This document shows positions 35,085 through 43,601 of a stretch of 64,000 nt of DNA, one piece after another (position 1 is the first letter of the stretch; every line of letters begins with the position of its first letter). Below the pieces are notes generated by a model. That model did no database searches. It saw only the letters and a list, made by a program, of their open reading frames with translations, and had not been told where the DNA came from. The position numbers and the translations under genes are program-made. The stretch comes from Acidobacteriota bacterium (lineage in GTDB: Bacteria; Acidobacteriota; Terriglobia; Bryobacterales; Bryobacteraceae), in NCBI GenBank assembly GCA_016213775.1, contig JACQZR010000126.1, forward strand, positions 16 through 64,015, given 5' to 3'.

Positions 35085-37664
35085 CTATAGGCTATCCCGC
35101 AAAGCCTCCAGTGGTTTCTGCTGCAGGATACGATGACTCGCCAGCCACCCGGCCACATTGGCCAGCAACGCAGTCATCAGGATGGCTATCAAATGCGGTA
35201 TCGGATGGAACCGGTAGTCCACCTGAAACAGCCGCTTCAACACCAGAAACGAAAAGCCCGTTGCCAGCATGCTGCCCAAAATGCCGGCTGCCGCGCCGAG
35301 AATCAAAAACTCTACTGAGAAGATGCCGGCGATGCGCCGCCGGGTGGCCCCGAGCGTTTTCAGAATCACCACTTCGCGAACGCGCCGGAAGCGCGTCCCC
35401 GCCACACTCGACGAGAGGATGATCGCCCCGGCAAGAATCGCGAAGAACGAAATGAACCGCACCACCAGCGCAATCTGATCGACAACTTCCTGCACGATCG
35501 CCAGCACATCCGCTCCGTTGATCACCGTCACCGTCGGGTAGCGATTGAACACCGCCCTCTGCAATCCGGCAATCTCGGCGGACGTGATCCGGATCGCCGC
35601 GAAGTGCAGGGCAGGGAACGCGTCCAGCGAACCCGGCACGAACAGGAACTCCAGGTTCGATCCGATGCGCACCGCCTCGCTGCGGTAGATGCACACCACC
35701 TGCGAAGCGAAGTTCGTATTGTGGCTGATCCATTCCACCCGCGAGCCAGGTTTCACGCCGATAATCTTCGAAGCATCCTCCGCCACGCACATCTGCACTC
35801 CGGCCTTTTTCGCATCGGCGCCAGGGGCCCAATACTTGCCATCCAGAACCACCGTCTGTGGCGGGAGCGTGCCGGACCAACTGACAGATCGTGTTTGCTG
35901 GAAGCGACGCGAGAACCCCTTCAGCTTCAACTCCTCAACAGGTTTTCCGTCCACCTTCGTGATACGCGCCGCAACCACCGGCGTCACTTCCGCCCGTCCA
36001 CTGATGCCCTTCTGCCGCGACAGCATTCCCTGCACTCCGGCGCTGTTCTCTGAAGTGATGTTGATGAGAAAAACGTTCGGCATGCCGGGCGGTGCGCTCT
36101 CGCTGATCTGCTTGAGCATGGAGGTCTGCACCAGATACACGGTCAGCGTAAACATCACGCCCAACCCCAGCGCGACCAACAGAGCCGCCGCCTGATTGCC
36201 TGGCCTGTAGATGTTGGCGATACCGTGTCGTAGCGTTGCAGGCAGGTTCTGCTGGCTGCGGCGCGTCGCCATGCGCATCATGCTCAACACACCAGTCGCG
36301 ACGACGCTGAGCAATAGCAGGCTCACTACGAACCCACCTACAAACCACGCCGCGGTCAACAACGATTCGCTCAGCCACCACACAATCCCGAGTATGCCCA
36401 CGCCAATCAAAGCCGTTGCCGCCATCGAGACCTTGCCGTTCCGCAGCCGCGTGCGCCAACTCTGCCGGGTCTCTTCCATTTCGCGCCGCAGAATCAAAGA
36501 TGGACGGATGCGGCGAATGCTCAACAGCGGCGGCAGCGTGAACAGCATCGTGGTGAGCACTCCCACACCGAGCCCCTGCAGCGCCGACAACGGGTCCCAG
36601 TTCAACCCTGGGGAAAGATGAAAATACCTCGCCAGCAGCAGCGGAAACACACCCTGCACGGCAAGGCCAACCACAATGCCCGCCATCCCGCCGAACACGC
36701 CCAGCATCAACGTCTGCAGCGTGTAGATGCGAATCACCTGCTGTGAACGCGCGCCCAGCGACTTCATCACCGCAATCGAATCCATCTTCTGCTGCAGGTG
36801 CGAATGCATGGCCATGGCCACGCCCAGCGCGCCCACTATCAACGCAATCAGACTGACTAGGCTGAGAAACTTCGTTGCCCGGTCAAGGCCGCGTGTGATC
36901 AGCGGATGCGTCTCGCGGTAGTCGACAATCTGCGCCTCGGGAAAAACATTCTTCAACTGGACGCGGGCTACTTCGATGGCCGGCGTCTTCGGCCCGAAGC
37001 GGAACAGATACCGTTCCGCCGCGCGGCTGCCCTGCACCAGCAGCTTCGTGCGCTCCAGCCCCTCGCGGCTCATCAGAATCCTGGGGCCCACGTTCAGACT
37101 TCCCGCCATCCGGTCGGGCTCATTGGTCACGATAGCCGCGATGCGGAACTCGCCCGCACCCAGCTTCACCTGCGCACCTTGATGGATGTCGAGCCGAACC
37201 AGCAGATCGTCAGAGACCGCCACTGTGTCCGGAGCCAACGCTTCCTGCAACGACATCGGCGGCGACAGCTTCAACTCGCCGTAGAAGGGATAGACTCCCG
37301 GATCCACCGCCTTGATCGACACCAACACCTGACGCTCCTGTTTGGCGACCGACAGCATCGACACAGTCTCGGAGATCCATGTGCGCGCGACGCCTTGTTT
37401 CTCCAGCTCCGCCATTGCTGCTTCCTGCTGCTTGTCCGCCAGCGAGAAGGTGCGCACGGTGAGATCGGCAGCCATCAGCTTCCGCGCGTCGCGTGTCAGC
37501 ATTCCCCGGAACGCTTCGCTGAATCCGCGCACCCCAGTGAGCGCGCCCACGCCCATTGCCACCGCCAGCACTACGAACAGGAACCGTGAGGAGGACGCCC
37601 GAGCTTCGCGCCACGCGATCTTTCGCGCCGTGCTCCAACTGAAGCGGTCAGCCACGCTGCTCAT
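35085..37664 (-). CDS. FtsX-like ABC transporter permease (YbbP-like, duplicated 4-TM modules)
   Basis: It has two FtsX modules and large extracytoplasmic loops. ATG 37664 or TTG 37673 overlaps the 3' end of the ATPase gene. Confidence 0.88.
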   Translation of the reverse strand: MSSVADRFSWSTARKIAWREARASSSRFLFVVLAVAMGVGALTGVRGFSEAFRGMLTRDARKLMAADLTVRTFSLADKQQEAAMAELEKQGVARTWISETVSMLSVAKQERQVLVSIKAVDPGVYPFYGELKLSPPMSLQEALAPDTVAVSDDLLVRLDIHQGAQVKLGAGEFRIAAIVTNEPDRMAGSLNVGPRILMSREGLERTKLLVQGSRAAERYLFRFGPKTPAIEVARVQLKNVFPEAQIVDYRETHPLITRGLDRATKFLSLVSLIALIVGALGVAMAMHSHLQQKMDSIAVMKSLGARSQQVIRIYTLQTLMLGVFGGMAGIVVGLAVQGVFPLLLARYFHLSPGLNWDPLSALQGLGVGVLTTMLFTLPPLLSIRRIRPSLILRREMEETRQSWRTRLRNGKVSMAATALIGVGILGIVWWLSESLLTAAWFVGGFVVSLLLLSVVATGVLSMMRMATRRSQQNLPATLRHGIANIYRPGNQAAALLVALGLGVMFTLTVYLVQTSMLKQISESAPPGMPNVFLINITSENSAGVQGMLSRQKGISGRAEVTPVVAARITKVDGKPVEELKLKGFSRRFQQTRSVSWSGTLPPQTVVLDGKYWAPGADAKKAGVQMCVAEDASKIIGVKPGSRVEWISHNTNFASQVVCIYRSEAVRIGSNLEFLFVPGSLDAFPALHFAAIRITSAEIAGLQRAVFNRYPTVTVINGADVLAIVQEVVDQIALVVRFISFFAILAGAIILSSSVAGTRFRRVREVVILKTLGATRRRIAGIFSVEFLILGAAAGILGSMLATGFSFLVLKRLFQVDYRFHPIPHLIAILMTALLANVAGWLASHRILQQKPLEALRDSL

Positions 37665-38346
37665 CCCCGACAATCACGCCGTCCTTCATGTGCAGGACGC
37701 GATCGGCATGATGCGCCAGTTCGGCATCATGCGTCACCAGCACCAGCGTCGTTCCCTCTTTGCGGTTCAGCGACAGCAGCAGTTCCAGCACGTGCTGTCC
37801 GTTGGCCGAATCAAGGTTGCCCGTAGGCTCATCCGCCATCAGCACTGGTGGCTTCGCCATGAACGCCCGCGCCAGCGCTACGCGTTGCTGCTCGCCGCCG
37901 CTCAGTTGCACCGGATAGTGATCGCGCCGGTCTCCCAGGCCCACTTCTGTGATCAACTGCAAAGCGCGCGGCATCCCATCGCCCTCGCCGGTCAGCTCAT
38001 GGGGCAGCAGCACATTCTCAATCGCCGTTAGCGTCGGGATGAGTTGATACGACTGGAACACGAATCCGATCTTGCGCCCGCGCACCACCGCCAGTTGATC
38101 CTCGGCCAGCCGCGTGATCTCTTCGCCATCCAGTAAAATGCTGCCGTCACTGGCCGAATCCAATCCGGCAAGCAATCCCAGCAGCGTCGATTTGCCGCTT
38201 CCCGATGGACCCATGATCGCGATGAACTGCCCCCGCGGCACGTTGAAGTCGACGCCGCGCAGGATGTCCACGGTGTGGGCCGCGTTGGTGATGGACTTCT
38301 TCAGGCCACGCACCTGGATAATGGGAGTCTCAACGGGATTCGACAT
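37648..38346 (-). CDS. ABC transporter ATP-binding protein (YbbA/LolD-like)
   Basis: Motifs are GPSGSGKSTLL, LSGGEQQRVALARA and VLMADEPTGNLD. Confidence 0.93.
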   Translation of the reverse strand: MSNPVETPIIQVRGLKKSITNAAHTVDILRGVDFNVPRGQFIAIMGPSGSGKSTLLGLLAGLDSASDGSILLDGEEITRLAEDQLAVVRGRKIGFVFQSYQLIPTLTAIENVLLPHELTGEGDGMPRALQLITEVGLGDRRDHYPVQLSGGEQQRVALARAFMAKPPVLMADEPTGNLDSANGQHVLELLLSLNRKEGTTLVLVTHDAELAHHADRVLHMKDGVIVGDEQRG

Positions 38347-38378
38347 GAAGCGAGAGGAACTTTTATTATGGCATTCAA

Positions 38379-39062
38379 GTGCGAACTGTTCTCATTCTCT
38401 CGACGCTCGTGGTGCTCGCCGGTTGCAAAAAAGAAGAGCCCGCCGACCTGGGCCCGGCGCCTCCGCCTCCTGTTCTATCTGAGCAAACAGGCGGAAGCCC
38501 CGTAATTGTTACGTTTGGGGACAGTCTCACCGCGGGCTTTGGCGTGGATGCCGGACTCAGCTTTCCCGATTTTCTGCAAAAGGAGCTCGACGCAGCCGGC
38601 TACAAATACAAAGTGACCAACGAAGGCATCAGCGGGGATACTTCCAGCGGCGGCGTTGAACGCATTGCCACCGTGCTTGCCCACAAGCCGCAAATCGTCG
38701 TTCTGGAACTCGGCGCCAACGATGGCCTGCGTGGCGTGCCCGTGCAGAAGACACGCGCCAATCTCGACCTCATCCTCACCGCTCTGAAAAAGGCAGGGGT
38801 GAAAGTCCTGCTCGCGGGAATCACTCTCCCGCGCAACTATGGCGCTGATTACATCCGCGAATTCGACAAGATCTATCCCGAGCTCGCCCGCAAACACTCC
38901 GTGCCTCTGCTTCCGTTCCTGCTTGAAGGCGTAGCCCTCAATCCCAAGCTCATGCAGAGGGATGCGCTGCATCCCACCGCCGAAGGCAACCGCATTGTGG
39001 CGGCCAATGTGGCAAAGGCTCTCCAGCCGCTTTTGAACAAACCGCCCTTGAACGAACGATGA
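38379..39062 (+). CDS. tesA: SGNH/GDSL arylesterase-thioesterase (TesA-like) lipoprotein
   Basis: GTG start. It has the lipobox LVVLAGC. Motif blocks are FGDSLTAG, GANDGLRG and DALHP. It is divergent from the ybbA/ybbP-like pair, as in E. coli. Confidence 0.88.
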   Translation: MRTVLILSTLVVLAGCKKEEPADLGPAPPPPVLSEQTGGSPVIVTFGDSLTAGFGVDAGLSFPDFLQKELDAAGYKYKVTNEGISGDTSSGGVERIATVLAHKPQIVVLELGANDGLRGVPVQKTRANLDLILTALKKAGVKVLLAGITLPRNYGADYIREFDKIYPELARKHSVPLLPFLLEGVALNPKLMQRDALHPTAEGNRIVAANVAKALQPLLNKPPLNER

Positions 39063-39074
39063 TACGGTAAGGAA

Positions 39075-39611
39075 ATGCGACGTTGCTCCTGGATGCTGAT
39101 CCTTCTGCCGGCCATGCTCTCTTCTCAAGGGCCCGGCATGCCCACACCCAAGTACACGGACAAAGGCCGCCTCGTGCGTCCCGAAGGCTATCGCGAATGG
39201 ATGTTCGTGGGAGCCAATCTCGGCATGGGCTACACCGAAGGACAACAGCCTCCCAAGCAGAACTATCACAACATCTACATGCAGCGCGAGGCTTACAAAG
39301 CATACGTATCCACGGGAAGATTCCCCGACAAAACCATGCTCGTGATGGAGGTCCTCAGCATGGGTACCAAGGAATCCATCAACCGCAACGGCTCATTCGA
39401 GGACAAGAAGATCGGAATCGAAGTCGCTCTCAAGGATGAATCGCGATTCCCGGAAAAATGGGCTTACTTCAACTTCATCGGCGAAGGTGGAAAGCCCATG
39501 GCCGACTCAGCGCCGTTCAAGAAGGAGCAGTGTTGGAACTGCCACAACCAGCACGGCGCCAAGGACAACGTGTTTCTCCAGTTCTACCCGGCATTGCGCG
39601 ACGCGCGCTGA
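39075..39611 (+). CDS. cytochrome P460-family protein
   Basis: It has a signal peptide, a C-terminal CWNCH haem-binding motif and family-like strings YREWMFVG and KWAYFNF. Confidence 0.8.
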   Translation: MRRCSWMLILLPAMLSSQGPGMPTPKYTDKGRLVRPEGYREWMFVGANLGMGYTEGQQPPKQNYHNIYMQREAYKAYVSTGRFPDKTMLVMEVLSMGTKESINRNGSFEDKKIGIEVALKDESRFPEKWAYFNFIGEGGKPMADSAPFKKEQCWNCHNQHGAKDNVFLQFYPALRDAR

Positions 39612-39616
39612 CTGAA

Positions 39617-42600
39617 CTAGAAATTCACCTGAACCGCCAGACTCAGGAATCGCGGCCGCCGCGAAGCTGTCGGCTGCAGGAACAGAGCATTGATCTGGCT
39701 CCCCGCCGCGTCAAACCTTGCCGTCGCGTCAATGGCTGAGAACTGAGTATGGTTGAACGTGTTAAACGTCTCCAGCCGCACATCCATCCAGCGCCGCTCG
39801 CTGAATAGCTGGAACCGCCGCTGTAGCCGCATGTCCCAATTGTTGATCCCCGGCCGGTTGAACGTATTCACACCGAGGTTCCCCCAATAGGGCGTCTCGA
39901 TCGTCCCGGCTACCCGAGGCATTCCAGGCCGCGCGAACTGCTGCGCGAGCGTGCAGTTGTTGGGATCCGGGCACCCGCTCGGACCCACCCACCACATCGT
40001 CGCGCCCTGGCTCGGCGTGCCAGTCATGTTCATCCCATCCACCGTCCCGAATCCCGGACGGAACGGTTGTCCGCTGGACATCTGGCCCGTCGCAAAGACG
40101 CTCCAGCCCTTCATCACCGTTCGAAGTACGGCCTGATTGGGCAGCCACTCTTTGGGAACGCTGAAACTCGGCATGATCGCCAGCACGTGATCGCGGCTGT
40201 AACTCAATCGCCCGTAATTGAACTTGCGGGGCTCAAAAAACGGTGTTACCGATGTCGTGTCGCTGCCCGCCGATCCCAGCGCCTTCGCGAACGTGTACGA
40301 ACCTCGTATCATGAAGCCACGGCGCGTCTGCGTTCTAAACGACGCCTGCACCGAGTTGTAGTTCGACGTCGATGCAAAGTCGTAGTTCAGAATGTCTCCG
40401 TACCCGGTATACGGCCGCAGGAAGTTGGCGTTAAAAGTCTGACCGGTTGTTGCGTCGCGGTTCTGCGGGTTCAGATTGGGGAATTGCGCCCCGATCGGTA
40501 CGGGGTCGATGTTCCGCTGCCATAACTGATGCCGTCCGAAGTTCCCCACGTACGCCACTTCCGCGAAGGTCGCCCTCCCGAACATCCTCTGAAAGCCCAG
40601 CGTGTACTGATACGACTGTGGCATCGTTCCCTTTCCATAAAGCGAATGGCTGATGGTAGAGGGCGCCAGCAGCGCGCTATTTGCGCTCGCCGCCAGTTCG
40701 TCGAACGTCGAATAGTATAGTGTTGGTGAGAACGATGTTGGCGGGTTCGATACCATGTTCATTGTCGGGTTGCCCTGGACGCGGTCAAAGAACACGCCGG
40801 CTCCCCCGCGCAGCGCCAGCCTGCCGTTGCCCAGCAGGTCATACGCAAATCCCACGCGTGGTCCGATCATCAGCCCCGGGGTGGTGTACATCGAATTCGG
40901 GAAGCCCCGCGTTCCGCCGGTTACCATCACCATCGATGGATCTCCGTGTCCTGGCGCGAACGTCCCGACGAATGCCGCGTTGAACGTGCGTCCGGTCACC
41001 GGGTCGATGCCGATTCGCACATTCGCGGAGTTGCGCGCCGACGTGATCAGTGTCGGTGCGTTCTTCGGATCGTAAAATCCCGGTACGAACGCCGACGTCT
41101 GGCTGCGCACTTCCTCCTGCGGACGGTCATGGTAGAAGCGGATACCGTAGTCCAGCGCCAGCCTGCGGCTGACTTTCCAGTTGTCCTGGATGTACCATTC
41201 GAGATTCGTAAACCGGTACAGCCCGTACGGCTTCGATGTCGCTTCCTGATAGCTGGTCATGATCCCGGCGAGCGCGCTCGCAAAGCCGTATCGCGTCCGG
41301 TAGGGGTTGTTCGCGTCATCATTAAACGTGATCGTCCCGCGCGTCGGCGTTCCTTGAATCTGGTCCTTGCGCGTCCGTTCTACGTACACGCCCATGCGAA
41401 TCGTATGCGTCTTGTGGATCTTGCTGAAGTTCTGCGTGGCGCTGAAGATGTGATTCACGTTCTTGTACGGCAATGCGTTGTTCAGCGACATATTCGGCGC
41501 CGTGCCAGGCGTGCCGAACGTCACGTTGGGAATCAGCCCCATGGGATTCAGATCCGGCCGCCACTGCGGAATGCTCAGGCCGAGCTTGTCTTTCGAGATC
41601 TTGTCCGGTTCGTCCGGCGAGGACGTCAACCGGTTCATGCTGTAGCCGAGACGCGTTTCGCTGTACCACGTTGGCGAGAGCGCCCGCGTTGCCGCCAACA
41701 CCAACCCTTTGCCCGGTTGGCGGAACGTCAGCGCCGTCAATTCGAAGTTGTAGCCGCCATTGATCCACACCGAGTACGGAGGGTGCTGCTCGTCGGCGTC
41801 CTGCGTGTAGCGGCCGTAAATCTGCAATTTATTGTCCGGCGTCCAGTCGATGCGAAACATATCCTGGCGGCGCGGATAGGAACCGCTCAGCGAGCTCAGG
41901 TAGTTCCACTGCACCGCGCGGCTTGCTACCGGATCGGTGTAGTTCGGTTTCGGAAGCATGTTCAGAATCGACTGCCCCGTCTTGTTGATCATCGTCGCAG
42001 GCATGATATTTCCGGGGAGCGGGGTCACCGGGTTCGAGTACGGATCGTACACCACCAGCGCTCGCTGGTTGACGTCCAACGTCTGCGAAAAATCTCCCGT
42101 GCGTTCCAGCAGCGTTGGCATCCGCACTTGCCGCAGCGGGTAATTGATTTTCTGCCGGGTGTACTCCTGCGACACAAAGAAGAACAGCTTCGCTTCCCGC
42201 CGGTTCTTCCACAACACCGGACCATTGAGGTTCCACCCCTGCAGGTTGAACCGGTACGGAGTCTTGCGCACACCGCGCTGGTTGTTGAAATAGTCGTTGG
42301 CATTGAATTGCTCGTGGCGATGCGTCCAGAAACCGGAACCGTGATACTGCCGTCCACCGCCGCGAGTAGTCACGATCAGCGTTCCGCCCACTGCGCGTCC
42401 GTACTCCGCCTGATACGCGCTCGTCAGCACCTTCACTTCGGCGATCGTGCTCAGTGTCGGCGCAGTGTGCGTGGTCGAATTCGATCCCGAGTCCATGCTC
42501 GTCACGCCGTCGATGGTGATGTTCTTCTGATTCTCTCTCGCGCCGTTGATATACAGGCTGCGGATCCCATCAGGCCCCGGCGCTTCGCGGCCGTCGCTTT

Positions 42601-43096
42601 CGTCCACAACGCCTGGCAGCAGCCGCAGCATATCCAGATAATCGCGGCCGCGAATGGCCGTGTTCTCCAGATCCTGTCCGGTGATGACGCCGGACTTCTC
42701 ACCACTACCAAGTTCCACCGCAACCGCGGTGGCTTCCACTGTTACGGTCTCCGCCACATCGCCGACAGCGAGCCGCAATTCCCCCATCGACCGGATCTGA
42801 CCGGCTGTGAGGTTGACCTCCGCTTGCTGGTACTTCTTGAACCCCTTCGACTCGACGGTCAAAGTATATGTGCCGATGTGCAGGTCGGCGAAGGCGAAGT
42901 ATCCGTCGGAGTTGGTTTGTACCGAGCGTGTGACACCGGTCGCCGCGCTGGTCAGCGTTACAGTTGCGTTGGGGACGGACGCGTTCGTTGCATCCTTCAC
43001 CGCCCCATTCAGTTTGGCCGTCACATCCTGTGCGCGCAACGGTGCAAGGATTGCGGCGAGTAGAACAAACAAGAAGAGCAAACGAGTAGTTCGCAT
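39617..43096 (-). CDS. TonB-dependent receptor with N-terminal carboxypeptidase-regulatory-like domain
   Basis: It has a signal peptide and a CarboxypepD_reg-like N-terminus (GAVKDATNASVPNATVTLT...TNSDGYFAFADL). It also has plug and barrel regions and the C-terminal LAVQVNF. Confidence 0.92.
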   Translation of the reverse strand: MRTTRLLFLFVLLAAILAPLRAQDVTAKLNGAVKDATNASVPNATVTLTSAATGVTRSVQTNSDGYFAFADLHIGTYTLTVESKGFKKYQQAEVNLTAGQIRSMGELRLAVGDVAETVTVEATAVAVELGSGEKSGVITGQDLENTAIRGRDYLDMLRLLPGVVDESDGREAPGPDGIRSLYINGARENQKNITIDGVTSMDSGSNSTTHTAPTLSTIAEVKVLTSAYQAEYGRAVGGTLIVTTRGGGRQYHGSGFWTHRHEQFNANDYFNNQRGVRKTPYRFNLQGWNLNGPVLWKNRREAKLFFFVSQEYTRQKINYPLRQVRMPTLLERTGDFSQTLDVNQRALVVYDPYSNPVTPLPGNIMPATMINKTGQSILNMLPKPNYTDPVASRAVQWNYLSSLSGSYPRRQDMFRIDWTPDNKLQIYGRYTQDADEQHPPYSVWINGGYNFELTALTFRQPGKGLVLAATRALSPTWYSETRLGYSMNRLTSSPDEPDKISKDKLGLSIPQWRPDLNPMGLIPNVTFGTPGTAPNMSLNNALPYKNVNHIFSATQNFSKIHKTHTIRMGVYVERTRKDQIQGTPTRGTITFNDDANNPYRTRYGFASALAGIMTSYQEATSKPYGLYRFTNLEWYIQDNWKVSRRLALDYGIRFYHDRPQEEVRSQTSAFVPGFYDPKNAPTLITSARNSANVRIGIDPVTGRTFNAAFVGTFAPGHGDPSMVMVTGGTRGFPNSMYTTPGLMIGPRVGFAYDLLGNGRLALRGGAGVFFDRVQGNPTMNMVSNPPTSFSPTLYYSTFDELAASANSALLAPSTISHSLYGKGTMPQSYQYTLGFQRMFGRATFAEVAYVGNFGRHQLWQRNIDPVPIGAQFPNLNPQNRDATTGQTFNANFLRPYTGYGDILNYDFASTSNYNSVQASFRTQTRRGFMIRGSYTFAKALGSAGSDTTSVTPFFEPRKFNYGRLSYSRDHVLAIMPSFSVPKEWLPNQAVLRTVMKGWSVFATGQMSSGQPFRPGFGTVDGMNMTGTPSQGATMWWVGPSGCPDPNNCTLAQQFARPGMPRVAGTIETPYWGNLGVNTFNRPGINNWDMRLQRRFQLFSERRWMDVRLETFNTFNHTQFSAIDATARFDAAGSQINALFLQPTASRRPRFLSLAVQVNF

Positions 43097-43153
43097 TGCG
43101 TAATGACCTCTGACTTGGAGCCGAAGCGAAAAGAAGCTCCTGGATTCACGGTC

Positions 43154-43159
43154 ATTATA
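43154..43159 (-). promoter_or_regulatory. candidate -10 box for the TonB-dependent receptor gene
   Basis: A perfect TATAAT lies on the reverse strand 57 nt upstream of ATG 43096. The -35 is poor. Confidence 0.25.
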
Positions 43160-43180
43160 CGCCTGCGTTAGGAGTGCCGC

Positions 43181-43597
43181 CTACTGGTAGAGAAACTCCG
43201 TCTTTGACGGGCGAAGGAGGAGCTTGCCGTCGCGGCTGAGCTCGATGGCAACGAACGGCGTTTCCACAGCTTTGACATCAATCGCCGCCCGCGCCCCGCC
43301 AGGCTCAACAGCCACCTCGATGTGCGGCGTAGCCTCCGCTTGCGTATCGAAGGCATCGGCACGAGAGATTGTGAGGTCGGTGCTCACGCTCGCCTTGCGG
43401 TAAACCTGGCGCCCATCGATGAGCACGGTGACACTGTGATTCTGAAAGCCGTCATGGAGGGCGATGTGTAGAGGGTACATAGCTTGTTCCACTGCTGCGC
43501 CCCTGTCCCCACCGGGCTGGCCCCGCGAACAGGACCAGCCCAGCCAGGCCAGAAGCAACACGGACGCACGAAAAGACCGTGCCATCACGTGGATCAT
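43181..43597 (-). CDS. small exported hypothetical protein
   Basis: It has a hydrophobic N-terminus (SVLLLAWLGWSCS) and then a beta-rich domain of about 100 aa. It starts 4 nt after the stop of the 700-aa gene. Confidence 0.6.
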   Translation of the reverse strand: MIHVMARSFRASVLLLAWLGWSCSRGQPGGDRGAAVEQAMYPLHIALHDGFQNHSVTVLIDGRQVYRKASVSTDLTISRADAFDTQAEATPHIEVAVEPGGARAAIDVKAVETPFVAIELSRDGKLLLRPSKTEFLYQ

Positions 43598-43601
43598 TCT
43601 A

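Noticed and set aside
43097-43153. The hairpin GGAGC-N14-GCTCC downstream of the small exported protein gene.
   Set aside because: It has a 5-bp stem, a large loop and no U-run. It is more likely just 5'-UTR sequence of the TonB receptor gene.
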